Assembly: GCA_965237525.1 (NCBI GenBank)
Contig: CBDEFO010000007.1
Coordinates: forward strand, 806,786 to 870,785
Length of the DNA stretch: 64,000 nucleotides
Origin: Candidatus Latescibacterota bacterium
GTDB taxonomy: Bacteria > Latescibacterota > CBDEFO01
Direction: 5' to 3'
Position numbers and translations under genes: made by a program
In this document: one piece after another, positions 40,565 through 49,647 of the stretch
Position numbering within the stretch: the first letter of the stretch is position 1
Layout: every line of letters starts with the position of its first letter
Notes under the pieces: model-generated
Told to the model about the DNA's origin: nothing
Database searches by the model: none
What the model saw: only the letters and a program-made list of their open reading frames with translations

Positions 40565-40838
40565 TGGTCGTGCTAGACGGGGAGATAGCGGTGCCCTGGT
40601 TCCCGCAATCCGCTACAGCGGGGTTTAATTCCCGAGCTGAGGCCCAACCGTTGTGAAAACGACCGGGGGAAAGCGGCGTTGAAGATCAGGTCCTGCGCAA
40701 CGGGAAGCCGTTGAATCCCGTCAGGACCGGAAGGTAGCAGCGGTAGACGGAACTTGTCGTGTGCCGCAGGGCAACCTGGTTGGAGCTGGCTACCCTTGGA
40801 ACGCTCAGGACGGGGGGTCGAAGGAGGGTGCACGACCA
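40565..40838 (+). ncRNA. ffs: Large (Alu-domain) bacterial SRP RNA
   Basis: Terminal helix TGGTCGTGC/GCACGACCA; helix 8 TCAGGACCGGAAGGTAGCAGC; upstream of dnaX. Confidence 0.92.
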
Positions 40839-40877
40839 TTCTTTACCTTTTGACTCGTAAACCGAGGCACTCGAGTT

Positions 40878-42533
40878 ATGTCCTACATTGTAATGGCAAG
40901 GAAGTGGCGCCCCTCCCTCTTTGAAGACGTGGTGTCCCAGGATCACGTGACAGCTACCCTCAAGAACGCTATAGTCTCTGAGAGAATAGCTCACTCTTAT
41001 CTTTTCTCAGGTCCAAGGGGAGTCGGCAAGACTACAACTGCCCGAATCCTTGCAAAAGCCGTAAACTGCGCAAGTGGGCCAACTCCTACTCCCTGTGACG
41101 AATGCACATCATGCAAAGAGATAAGGGACGGCAGAAATCTGGATGTCCTTGAGATCGACGGGGCATCGAACAGAGGCATAGACGAGATAAGGGAACTTCG
41201 GGAGACGGTGGGCTATGTCCCTATGCAGGGCAAGTACAAAGTCTACATCATAGACGAAGTCCACATGCTAACCCCCGAAGCGTTCAACGCCCTTTTAAAG
41301 ACCTTGGAAGAACCTCCTCCCCGCATAATGTTCATCTTTGCTACCACCGAACCCCATAAAGTCCCTGCTACTATCCTTTCAAGGTGTCAACGGTTCGATT
41401 TCAAAAGGATACCCACCGAGGATATAGTGGAAAAACTCAGGTCGATAGCCCAATCTGAAGGCATAAACACAGATGACGATGTGCTTTTTCTCATTGCAAG
41501 GAAAGCCGATGGCGCCCTGCGAGACGCCCAGAGCCTCTTCGACCAAATCATCTCCTTTGCTGGAAAGGATGTCTCCTTTGAATCTACAAGAGATATCCTG
41601 GGATTAATAGATAGAGATTTGCTGTTCCATCTAACAGACGCTATATCCTCAAAGGACGCCTCACAGGGACTCGGTTTAGTCTCCGCAGCCCTAGAGTCAG
41701 GGGCCAATATAGGAGAGCTTTTGACAGATCTGATAGAACACCTCAGGAATCTCCTCTTTGCCAAAATCGAGGGCGGGATGAGAAGTATTGAGGGGACAGA
41801 GTCCGAAAAAGAAAGATACCAGGAAGCCTCCCGGGACTTCTCCGAGGAAGACCTTTTGAGGATGATCAAGATACTATCTGATCTTGAACTTACGATAAGC
41901 AGGAGTTCACAACCCAGATTCAGGCTCGAAATGGCAATCGTTAAGCTTGTGCACCTGGAGTCCACGGTCCTCCTTAAGGACCTGCTGGAGAGACTGTCGA
42001 ACCTCGAATCGAGGCTCGTTTCAGATGGACTCCCACAAAGTGCTGAGCCGACATCTGTCTCTCCTCAAGGAGACTTCTTCGAAAGTGCTCCTCCGAAAGC
42101 CCAAGGGCAGCAGGAGATAACTGCCCAGGAGGAAAACCCCGAAGAACCAAAAGGAGATGTTGAGAGGGAGCCTATAGAGACAACCTTAGAAAATCTTCAG
42201 GACAATTGGGGCAAAGTTTTGGATAGAGTAAAAAAGAAGAGCATATCTCTTGGTACTTTTCTTTCTACCGACGGACGGCCAGAAAGTATAAGCGACGGTG
42301 TGTTGACCCTATGTTTCCAAAGTGACAACGCCTTTTGCGCAACTCAGGTCAAGAGAAACAAGAAGACTCTGGAAGCTGTGCTGTCTGAAATATTCAGGCA
42401 AAATCCCAAGGTCCATTGTGTAATCCTGGAAAACCAAGAGGCTAGGGTTAAAGAAGAAGCCGATAACGACAACGTAGCCCTTCAGGACGTTATGGAGATA
42501 TTTGACGGAGAGCTGATGAGCTACGATCAATAA
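40878..42533 (+). CDS. dnaX: DNA polymerase III subunit gamma/tau
   Basis: [15 protein letters not shown], Zn cluster, [12 protein letters not shown]. Confidence 0.97.
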   Translation: MSYIVMARKWRPSLFEDVVSQDHVTATLKNAIVSERIAHSYLFSGPRGVGKTTTARILAKAVNCASGPTPTPCDECTSCKEIRDGRNLDVLEIDGASNRGIDEIRELRETVGYVPMQGKYKVYIIDEVHMLTPEAFNALLKTLEEPPPRIMFIFATTEPHKVPATILSRCQRFDFKRIPTEDIVEKLRSIAQSEGINTDDDVLFLIARKADGALRDAQSLFDQIISFAGKDVSFESTRDILGLIDRDLLFHLTDAISSKDASQGLGLVSAALESGANIGELLTDLIEHLRNLLFAKIEGGMRSIEGTESEKERYQEASRDFSEEDLLRMIKILSDLELTISRSSQPRFRLEMAIVKLVHLESTVLLKDLLERLSNLESRLVSDGLPQSAEPTSVSPQGDFFESAPPKAQGQQEITAQEENPEEPKGDVEREPIETTLENLQDNWGKVLDRVKKKSISLGTFLSTDGRPESISDGVLTLCFQSDNAFCATQVKRNKKTLEAVLSEIFRQNPKVHCVILENQEARVKEEADNDNVALQDVMEIFDGELMSYDQ

Positions 42534-42558
42534 ACTCAAAAATACAGAGGAGCACAAA

Positions 42559-42900
42559 ATGGCAAAGGGTCTTGCGGGACTGATGAAGCAGGCTCAGGAA
42601 CTTCAAGAAAAGATGATGAAGGTCCAGGATCAATTGGAAAACGTAACGGTAGAGGGGTCTTCAGGAGGAGGTATGGTCACAGTCGTGGCCAACGGCAAGC
42701 AGGAGGTTGTATCCATCAAGATAGACCCTGAGGTAGTTGACCCGGATGATATAGAGATGTTAGAAGATCTCATCGTAGCGGCCATCAAACAGGCAAAGGA
42801 CAAAGCCCAGGAACTCGCCGAAGAAGAGATGAAGAAAGTCACTGCTGGAATTACACCCCAGATGATGGGCGGCTTGAAGATTCCTGGCCTGGGATTTTAG
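42559..42900 (+). CDS. ybaB: YbaB/EbfC nucleoid-associated protein
   Basis: [23 protein letters not shown]. Confidence 0.95.
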   Translation: MAKGLAGLMKQAQELQEKMMKVQDQLENVTVEGSSGGGMVTVVANGKQEVVSIKIDPEVVDPDDIEMLEDLIVAAIKQAKDKAQELAEEEMKKVTAGITPQMMGGLKIPGLGF

Positions 42901-42920
42901 CTTAATCAATTTGAGCGAAT

Positions 42921-43520
42921 ATGAACGCGGTGGACAGACTCATAGGAGAGCTTAGAAAGCTACCTGGTGTGGGAGAGCGCACAGCCCGGAGGATGACCTT
43001 CTTCATACTCAAACAGGATAGAGAAGAATCCATATCCCTGGCCAAAGCCATCGTAGTCTTAAAAGACAATGTAGGCTATTGTTCGATCTGCTTCAATGTG
43101 ACAGAACAAGACCCCTGCTCTATATGCTCAGATCCCCGCAGGGATCATAAAAAAATATGTGTCGTCGAAGAAGCCAGTGACGTGATAGCCCTCGAAAAAG
43201 CCAGCTTCAACGGGATCTATCACGTTTTGGGAGGAGCTCTGTCGCCTCTGGATGGGATAGGCCCTGAAGACCTCAAAATAGAGGAACTGATAGAAAGAGT
43301 TAAAGACAACGCAGAGGAAGTTATAATAGCCTGCAATCCCACAGTGGATGGTCAGGCAACAGCTATCCACCTGGCGGCCATACTGACTAAAATACTGGGC
43401 CTTAAAGTGTCCCAACTGTCTGTAGGACTACCCATGGGTGGAGCATTGGAGCTTTCAGATGAAGTTACCCTATCCAGGGCTTTAGAAGGACGCCAGAAGA
43501 TAGTAGACACTGGACAGTAG
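42921..43520 (+). CDS. recR: Recombination mediator RecR
   Basis: LPGVG, C4 zinc finger, ICVVE, YHVLGG.LSPLDGIGP. Confidence 0.96.
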   Translation: MNAVDRLIGELRKLPGVGERTARRMTFFILKQDREESISLAKAIVVLKDNVGYCSICFNVTEQDPCSICSDPRRDHKKICVVEEASDVIALEKASFNGIYHVLGGALSPLDGIGPEDLKIEELIERVKDNAEEVIIACNPTVDGQATAIHLAAILTKILGLKVSQLSVGLPMGGALELSDEVTLSRALEGRQKIVDTGQ

Positions 43521-43709
43521 ACAGCATACAGGGTATCCCCACTCCTACCCGACTACTGTCTTACAAGATTGCTTCGCTATCTCTTGCAATGACGGTTCAG
43601 TGGACTCAAAATGACGTTGCGAGGGCTTTGGCCTTCTGTCATTGCGAGGGGCCAAACCCCGAAGCAATCTCAAGGGAGAGGCAGGGGGTGTCCCTGTTTA
43701 CTGTCTACT
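43516..43709. repeat. Composite palindromic element: outer AGTAGACAG/CTGTCTACT around GTCATTGCGAG-type repeats
   Basis: Outer repeat overlaps the recR TAG; same outer pair at 40426-40467, single ends at 52267, 28622, about 63050. Confidence 0.65.
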
Positions 43710-43742
43710 TATTTGTGAGGGTCGTCAGAAAGTAGAATAAGT

Positions 43743-44330
43743 ATGAAAAATCTGATAAATCTACCCAATGCCTTGACCACATCCAGGATCATACTGACTC
43801 CGATATTCTTCAGCTTGGTCCTTTCTGAAAGTTGGCATTTTAAGGGTCTGGCGCTGGTGGTATTCGGCATCGCTTCACTTACGGACCTTTGTGATGGCTA
43901 TTTGGCCAGAAAGCGTGGAAACTCATCCAGATTCGGGCGATTCCTCGATCCCTTAGCTGATAAGATCCTCGTCTCATCTGCGCTGATCTCGTTTGTGCTT
44001 TTAAAGATTGTAGCAGTGTGGCTTGTGGCTGCTATTTTGATAAGAGACTTTGTGATAACGGCCTTGAGGATGTACGCTATCTATCGGGGCAGACAGATAG
44101 CTCCGTCCAGATTAGCCAAATGGAAGACAACCATACAGCTGGTCGCCATCTTTTTGATATTGGGCTTTATGAGCGCCCGCGCCACTCTGGACGAATTCAA
44201 ATTTAAGATGTGGTTTATTCCCGATTCCTGGTCGTACGATCTGATAGAAGGCCTTATGGTAATAGTAACATTGGTAACGGTGGTCTCAGGCGTGCGTTAT
44301 CTTACAAATAGCGGCAGGCAGAAGGCTTGA
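43743..44330 (+). CDS. pgsA: CDP-diacylglycerol--glycerol-3-phosphate 3-phosphatidyltransferase
   Basis: NLPNALT, DLCDGYLAR..GRFLDPLADK, KWKT. Confidence 0.93.
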   Translation: MKNLINLPNALTTSRIILTPIFFSLVLSESWHFKGLALVVFGIASLTDLCDGYLARKRGNSSRFGRFLDPLADKILVSSALISFVLLKIVAVWLVAAILIRDFVITALRMYAIYRGRQIAPSRLAKWKTTIQLVAIFLILGFMSARATLDEFKFKMWFIPDSWSYDLIEGLMVIVTLVTVVSGVRYLTNSGRQKA

Positions 44331-44785
44331 TAGCAGGGGAATCTAAACGCCTTATCGCTACAGGCTGTTATTCGGGGTATTTCCCCTTTGCACCGGGGAC
44401 AGCAGGAAGCGCCCTCGGAGTCATAATCTACTGGCTTGTCCCTGAGTTGAACTTTACGGAGTGGGCCATATCGTTGCCCCTCCTCTTTCTTTTAGGTGTA
44501 TATGTCTCCGGATGGGGCGAAACGCAATGGGGTTCCGATCCTCCAAGAGTCGTAATAGATGAGATCACAGGACTTTATGTTAGCTATGCCTTCCTGCCCA
44601 AAACGATGTGGGTAATCGCCCTGGGATTTTTGCTCTTTCGGGGATTCGACATCATCAAACCTCCGCCGGCAAGATGCGCTGAGTCCCTCCAAGGAGGATG
44701 GGGGATTATGACAGACGATGTAGTCGCGGGAATATACGCCAACTTAACGTTGAGAATTCTACTTGCTTTGGAGATACTTAAATGA
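44327..44785 (+). CDS. pgpA: Phosphatidylglycerophosphatase A
   Basis: APGTAGS, DP..VVIDE, FRGFDIIKP, GIMTDD. Confidence 0.93.
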   Translation: MIAGESKRLIATGCYSGYFPFAPGTAGSALGVIIYWLVPELNFTEWAISLPLLFLLGVYVSGWGETQWGSDPPRVVIDEITGLYVSYAFLPKTMWVIALGFLLFRGFDIIKPPPARCAESLQGGWGIMTDDVVAGIYANLTLRILLALEILK

Positions 44786-46011
44786 AAGCTGAGATAATAA
44801 CCATCGGGGACGAGATATTATACGGGCACACTATAGACACCAACTCAGCCTTCATAGGCCAGCGGCTATCGGAGATAGGAGTCTCCTTAGATTGGATCAC
44901 CTCCGTAGGAGACGATAGAGAGAAGATCAAAGAGGCCTTCAAGAACGCATACCAAAGGTCAGGCGCAGTAATCGTCACCGGCGGACTCGGTCCTACGCAC
45001 GACGATGTGACAAAACATGTATTCATAGACTTCTTCGACATGAGCCTCGTCTTAAACGAGGAGATTCTAGACAGCGTTAGACAGATGTTCCGTCAAAGAG
45101 GGCTAAAGATGCCCGAGAGCAACATAGATCAGGCGATGGTGCCTGACGCCGCTGAAGTCCTGGAAAACTCCGTAGGGACAGCCCCGGGTGTGCACCTTGA
45201 AAGAGCGGGAAAACACTTTTTCCTCGTCCCGGGCGTCCCACGCGAGATGGAGAGAATGGTGGAGGATAAAATAATCCCTATACTCCTTGTAGACACAAGA
45301 GGTAAGGTCACCCATCATCTCAACCTTAGAACTACAGGCATCAGCGAATCGGGCCTCTACAACAGACTCGAAGATTTAGACGGTCTTGAACACTTAGCCT
45401 TCCTTCCGAGCCTCTACGGCGTGGACCTAAGGATCACAATAAAGGGCGACAGTTTAAGGCTTTGCAAGGAGAGGTCAGAATCTCTAGCCCAAAAGATAGA
45501 CGAAAGGGCGGGAGAATACATATATACAAGGGATAGGAGAAGCTTGGAGGAGGTAGTAGGTGAGGAGCTGAAAAAGAAAGACTTAAGCGTCGCCCTTGCC
45601 GAATCCAGCACAGGTGGTCTGATAGCCTCCCGCCTAACGGACATGCCGGGTAGCTCTGAATATTTTGAGACGGGAATTGTTGCCTACAACTCCGAATCCA
45701 AGATCAAGCTGCTCGGCGTCCCTAAAGAGACTATCAAGAAATACAAGGCTGTCAGCCCTCAGATCGCACAGGCCATGGCGGAGGGTATTCGCAAACTTGC
45801 TAAAGTCGATATAGGACTTTCCGAAACGGGCATCCTGGGTCCCACAGGCGGGACAGAAGAAAGACCCGTAGGCTTGGTATATCTGGGACTTTCGACCGCT
45901 CAAGGCACTATCTCAGAAAAGATTCAATTAGGAACCGAAAGAGCGCCTAACAAAATAAGGAGTTCTCAGGCGGCAATGGAGATGCTTAGGAGATTTCTTA
46001 TTAAGCGTTAG
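44782..46011 (+). CDS. cinA: Competence/damage-inducible protein A
   Basis: IGDEIL.G..DTN, TGGLGPT.DD, PGVPREM, AESSTGG. Confidence 0.93.
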   Translation: MKAEIITIGDEILYGHTIDTNSAFIGQRLSEIGVSLDWITSVGDDREKIKEAFKNAYQRSGAVIVTGGLGPTHDDVTKHVFIDFFDMSLVLNEEILDSVRQMFRQRGLKMPESNIDQAMVPDAAEVLENSVGTAPGVHLERAGKHFFLVPGVPREMERMVEDKIIPILLVDTRGKVTHHLNLRTTGISESGLYNRLEDLDGLEHLAFLPSLYGVDLRITIKGDSLRLCKERSESLAQKIDERAGEYIYTRDRRSLEEVVGEELKKKDLSVALAESSTGGLIASRLTDMPGSSEYFETGIVAYNSESKIKLLGVPKETIKKYKAVSPQIAQAMAEGIRKLAKVDIGLSETGILGPTGGTEERPVGLVYLGLSTAQGTISEKIQLGTERAPNKIRSSQAAMEMLRRFLIKR

Positions 46012-46036
46012 ATAAAACCCCCGGTTCCTTTTTCTA

Positions 46037-47148
46037 ATGACAATTCTTCTATTTTCGGCCGCTTGTTTTCTGGCCTACTCGAACGGCTCCAACGATAATT
46101 TCAAAGGAGTAGCGACTCTCTTCGGAAGTTACACCACAACCTACAAAACCGCGATTGGGTGGGCAACCGCTACCACATTTTTCGGAGCTGTCTGTTCTAT
46201 CTTCTTTGCCAAGGCTCTTGCCCAGACTTTCTCCGGAGTAGGATTAGTTTCTCAAGATGTTGTGACATCTTTGGAGTTTCTCACCGCTGTTGCGATCGGT
46301 GCTGCACTCACAGTGATTTTGGCTACCGTTACAGGGTTCCCGATCTCCACCACTCACAGCCTTATGGGCGGTCTGGTAGGTGGTAGACTCGTAGCTGTTG
46401 GAAGGCAGGTTAATCTTGCTGCATTGGGATCCTCGTTTGTTCTCCCCCTTGTGTTCAGTCCCTTAATCGCTATTCTTCTGGCAGGAGCACTTTACGCATT
46501 ATTTCGTTGCATACGCATTGGGTTGAGTATCACAAAAGAGTGGTATGTTTGCATCGGCCAAAGGGAGGAAGTGATCCCCATACCTCAACCTACCTCTGCT
46601 CTTGCCTCAGCTGTGTCACAACAGTTGATGTCGCGCTGGACACAGAGGAGAACTGCAGGCAGAGGTACAGCGGAAAAATCTTTGGGTTGAACTGTCAAAA
46701 AGCACTGGACTTTGCTCACTTTGTCAGCGCAGGCATTGTGAGTTTTGCCCGTGGTTTAAACGATACACCCAAGATTGTGGCCTTAATGCTCTTGATCAAG
46801 GGATTGGGGATAGAATGGGGGACGCTTGCCGTAGCTTTCGGCATGGCAGCAGGCGGACTTTTGAACGCTCGTAAAGTGGCAGCGACTATGAGCAAGAAGA
46901 TCACGCCCTTGAACCACGGTCAGGGATTTACCACCAATATCATCACAGGAACTCTTGTTATCCTGGCGAGCCGGATGGGAATACCTGTCTCCACAACTCA
47001 CGTGTCTGTGGGTTCCCTCTTTGGAATCGGCCTTATTACGAAGACGGCAAATCCGCGCATTGTATATCAGATTCTGATGTCCTGGGTGTTGACATTGCCT
47101 GTAGCAGCTATATTAAGCGGATGCCTTTACTGGATATTAGCCGGATAG
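46037..47148 (+). pseudogene. PiT-family phosphate transporter, frameshifted near 46600-46620
   Basis: N-half NGSNDN..PISTTH and C-half GLNDTPK..PVSTTH in two overlapping frames. Confidence 0.8.
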
Positions 47149-47326
47149 CATGAGTGTAAAAGATATTGACAAAATCATACTCAGCATTTATTAATGAGAT
47201 GTAGAACAAGCATGTTTTGATCTTTGTCAGGTACAACAATTCTATCAAGAATTCAAAATATCCTTGACATTTATACACACGTGCACTATATTTATAGCCT
47301 GAGCGCTATAGCGTTACCTTCGGCGT

Positions 47327-47905
47327 ATGGAGACAATTCGAACCTTTATTGCTATAGAACTTACGCAAGAGATCAAAGACACTATCTCAAGAGTTATAGA
47401 TGCCCTCAAAAGAGAAGGCGGGAGCATCCGCTGGGTGGAGCCACGTAATCTCCATCTGACACTGAAGTTCCTGGGAAATATAGGTAGCAACAGGATAGAT
47501 GAAATCATGGAGTGTATCAAAACGTCCTGCAACGGGATACATCGTTTCTACATAACGGTAAGAGATGTTGGAACCTTCCCGAATCTGAAGCGACCGAAGG
47601 TTATTTGGATTGGAGCCGAGGAAGATGGAAATATGCTAAAGAGTCTATACGAAAGGATGGAGAATGAATTTGAAAAGATAGGAATTGAAAGAGAAAACAG
47701 GGGTTTTTCCCCTCACCTTACAGTAGGTAGAGTAAGGACTCCGAGGGGATTAGGGAGAGTTCTGGCCCGTATGGATAAAATAGAATTTGAAACGCGAAAG
47801 ATGGAGGTTGACCGCATCATCCTGATGAAGAGTGATCCTAGGCACCCAGGTCCTATCTATTCCCCCTTGGGATCTGTAGAATTGGAAGCGCAGCAAATTC
47901 ATTAA
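47327..47905 (+). CDS. thpR: RNA 2',3'-cyclic phosphodiesterase
   Basis: RTFIA, HLTLKFLG, PHLTVGR (2H motifs). Confidence 0.93.
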   Translation: METIRTFIAIELTQEIKDTISRVIDALKREGGSIRWVEPRNLHLTLKFLGNIGSNRIDEIMECIKTSCNGIHRFYITVRDVGTFPNLKRPKVIWIGAEEDGNMLKSLYERMENEFEKIGIERENRGFSPHLTVGRVRTPRGLGRVLARMDKIEFETRKMEVDRIILMKSDPRHPGPIYSPLGSVELEAQQIH

Positions 47906-47937
47906 TACACTACTGTTATTAGAGTTTCGGAGAGGCG

Positions 47938-49020
47938 GTGAGAAAATTGGCACCCAAGATAAGTGAAGACAAGAAAAAGATGATAGAGGTGGCAGTATCT
48001 CAGATCGAGAAGCAGTTCGGAAAAGGATCCATTATGCAGTTGGGTGAAAAGAGCGCAAAAGTGGTGACAGAAGTCATTCCGACGGGGTCCTTGGCTCTGG
48101 ATGCAGCCCTGGGGATAGGAGGAGTCCCAAGAGGAAGGGTCCTTGAGATCTTCGGGCCCGAGGCATCAGGAAAGACGACGCTCTGTCTGCACATAATAGC
48201 GCAGGCGCAGAAAAAAGGAGGCGTAGCTGCGTTTATAGATGCAGAACACGCCCTGGACGTAAACTTCGCCAAGGAGATCGGCGTCGATATGGACCACCTG
48301 TGGGTATCCCAGCCCGATACAGGTGAAGAAGCGCTCAACATCGCTGATACCCTGGTCAGGAGCGCCGCGGTAGACGTTGTGGTGGTAGACTCTGTAGCCT
48401 CCCTCGTTCCCAGAGCAGAACTTGAAGGTGAAATCGGCGATTCCCATGTGGGGATCCAGGCCAGACTCATGTCCCAGGCATTGAGATCCCTTGCAGGCTC
48501 AATAAATAAATCCAGAACCTGTATGATGTTCACAAATCAGATCAGGATAAACATAGGAGTTATGTTCGGCTCTCCCGAGACTACTTCTGGAGGAAAGGCC
48601 TTAAGATTCTATGCCAGCGTGAGGATGGACATAAGGAGAATCGGCTCAATAAAGGGGGCAGACCAGGGCATTATAGGGAACAGGACAAGGGTCAAAGTCG
48701 TTAAGAATAAGATGGCTCCCCCGTTCAGAGAGGCTGAGTTTGACATCATGTTTAACAGCGTAGAGACGGGAATCTCCAAGATGGGAGACATGCTGGACAT
48801 AGCTGTGGACAAGGAAATCGTAGAAAAGAGCGGGACGTGGTTTTCCTACAACAAAGAGAGGTTAGCTCAAGGGCGTGAAAATACCAAGCTCTTTTTGAAA
48901 GCGAACTCGGAAATATCAGACCAGATCGAAGCCAAAGTCAAAGAAGCCCTCTTTCCGTCAAAGCCTAAAGCTGAGACACCAGCTTCCGAAGTCGAAGTTG
49001 ATAAAGCTTCAACCTTATGA
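47938..49020 (+). CDS. recA: Recombinase A
   Basis: [36 protein letters not shown]. Confidence 0.98.
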   Translation: MRKLAPKISEDKKKMIEVAVSQIEKQFGKGSIMQLGEKSAKVVTEVIPTGSLALDAALGIGGVPRGRVLEIFGPEASGKTTLCLHIIAQAQKKGGVAAFIDAEHALDVNFAKEIGVDMDHLWVSQPDTGEEALNIADTLVRSAAVDVVVVDSVASLVPRAELEGEIGDSHVGIQARLMSQALRSLAGSINKSRTCMMFTNQIRINIGVMFGSPETTSGGKALRFYASVRMDIRRIGSIKGADQGIIGNRTRVKVVKNKMAPPFREAEFDIMFNSVETGISKMGDMLDIAVDKEIVEKSGTWFSYNKERLAQGRENTKLFLKANSEISDQIEAKVKEALFPSKPKAETPASEVEVDKASTL

Positions 49021-49143
49021 TGAAGAGTCCTGAAATCTTCAGCTCATGTGGGCTTGTCCGGCTCGATTCTATTGACGCCATTTAAATCGTGTCAGCGCAA
49101 CCTACATGAGCCAAATCATATCGACACGTGGAGGCACCACAGT

Positions 49144-49647
49144 TTGAATGTAGAACTGCAAAAGAGTGAACTGACAAAAGCCAAGGAAAGATCCTTTAGA
49201 CTCCTTTCGTATCGGGCAAGGTCAGAAAAAGAGATTGTAGATAGGTTAAGAGAGAAAAGATTCAGCAGATCTGTGATAGATCAGACGATTCATGATCTTA
49301 AAGGCTCGGGGCTTATCGACGATTTAGAATTTGCCAGAATGTGGGCGAAAAGTCGCCTGATCGGAAAAAAGATGGGAAAAGGGAGGATTATGGGGGAACT
49401 TAGAGACAAAGGGGTCAAGAGCGACATCGTAGATACGGCGATAGACGAGTACTTCAAAGAGGTGGACGTTGAAGATGTAGCTTTAAGTCTGTTGAGGGGT
49501 AGGATAAACAGATACCGGAGCTTAGACAAGAATAAAGCCCTCAAAAGAATGTCAGATTTCCTCTTCAGACGAGGATTTGAAGGGGAAGTTATATGGAGCA
49601 CAGTCCAGAAGGTCTGGGATGAGATAGAAAAAGATGAGGAAAGATGA
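49144..49647 (+). CDS. recX: Regulatory protein RecX
   Basis: LLSYRARSEKEI, IDDLEFA, LFRRGF; follows recA; start codon uncertain. Confidence 0.9.
   Translation: MNVELQKSELTKAKERSFRLLSYRARSEKEIVDRLREKRFSRSVIDQTIHDLKGSGLIDDLEFARMWAKSRLIGKKMGKGRIMGELRDKGVKSDIVDTAIDEYFKEVDVEDVALSLLRGRINRYRSLDKNKALKRMSDFLFRRGFEGEVIWSTVQKVWDEIEKDEER

Noticed and set aside
42230..42236. A_AAA_AAG in dnaX as a programmed -1 frameshift
   Set aside because: In frame, but no evident downstream hairpin or immediate -1 stop, and it lies inside the C-terminal domain.
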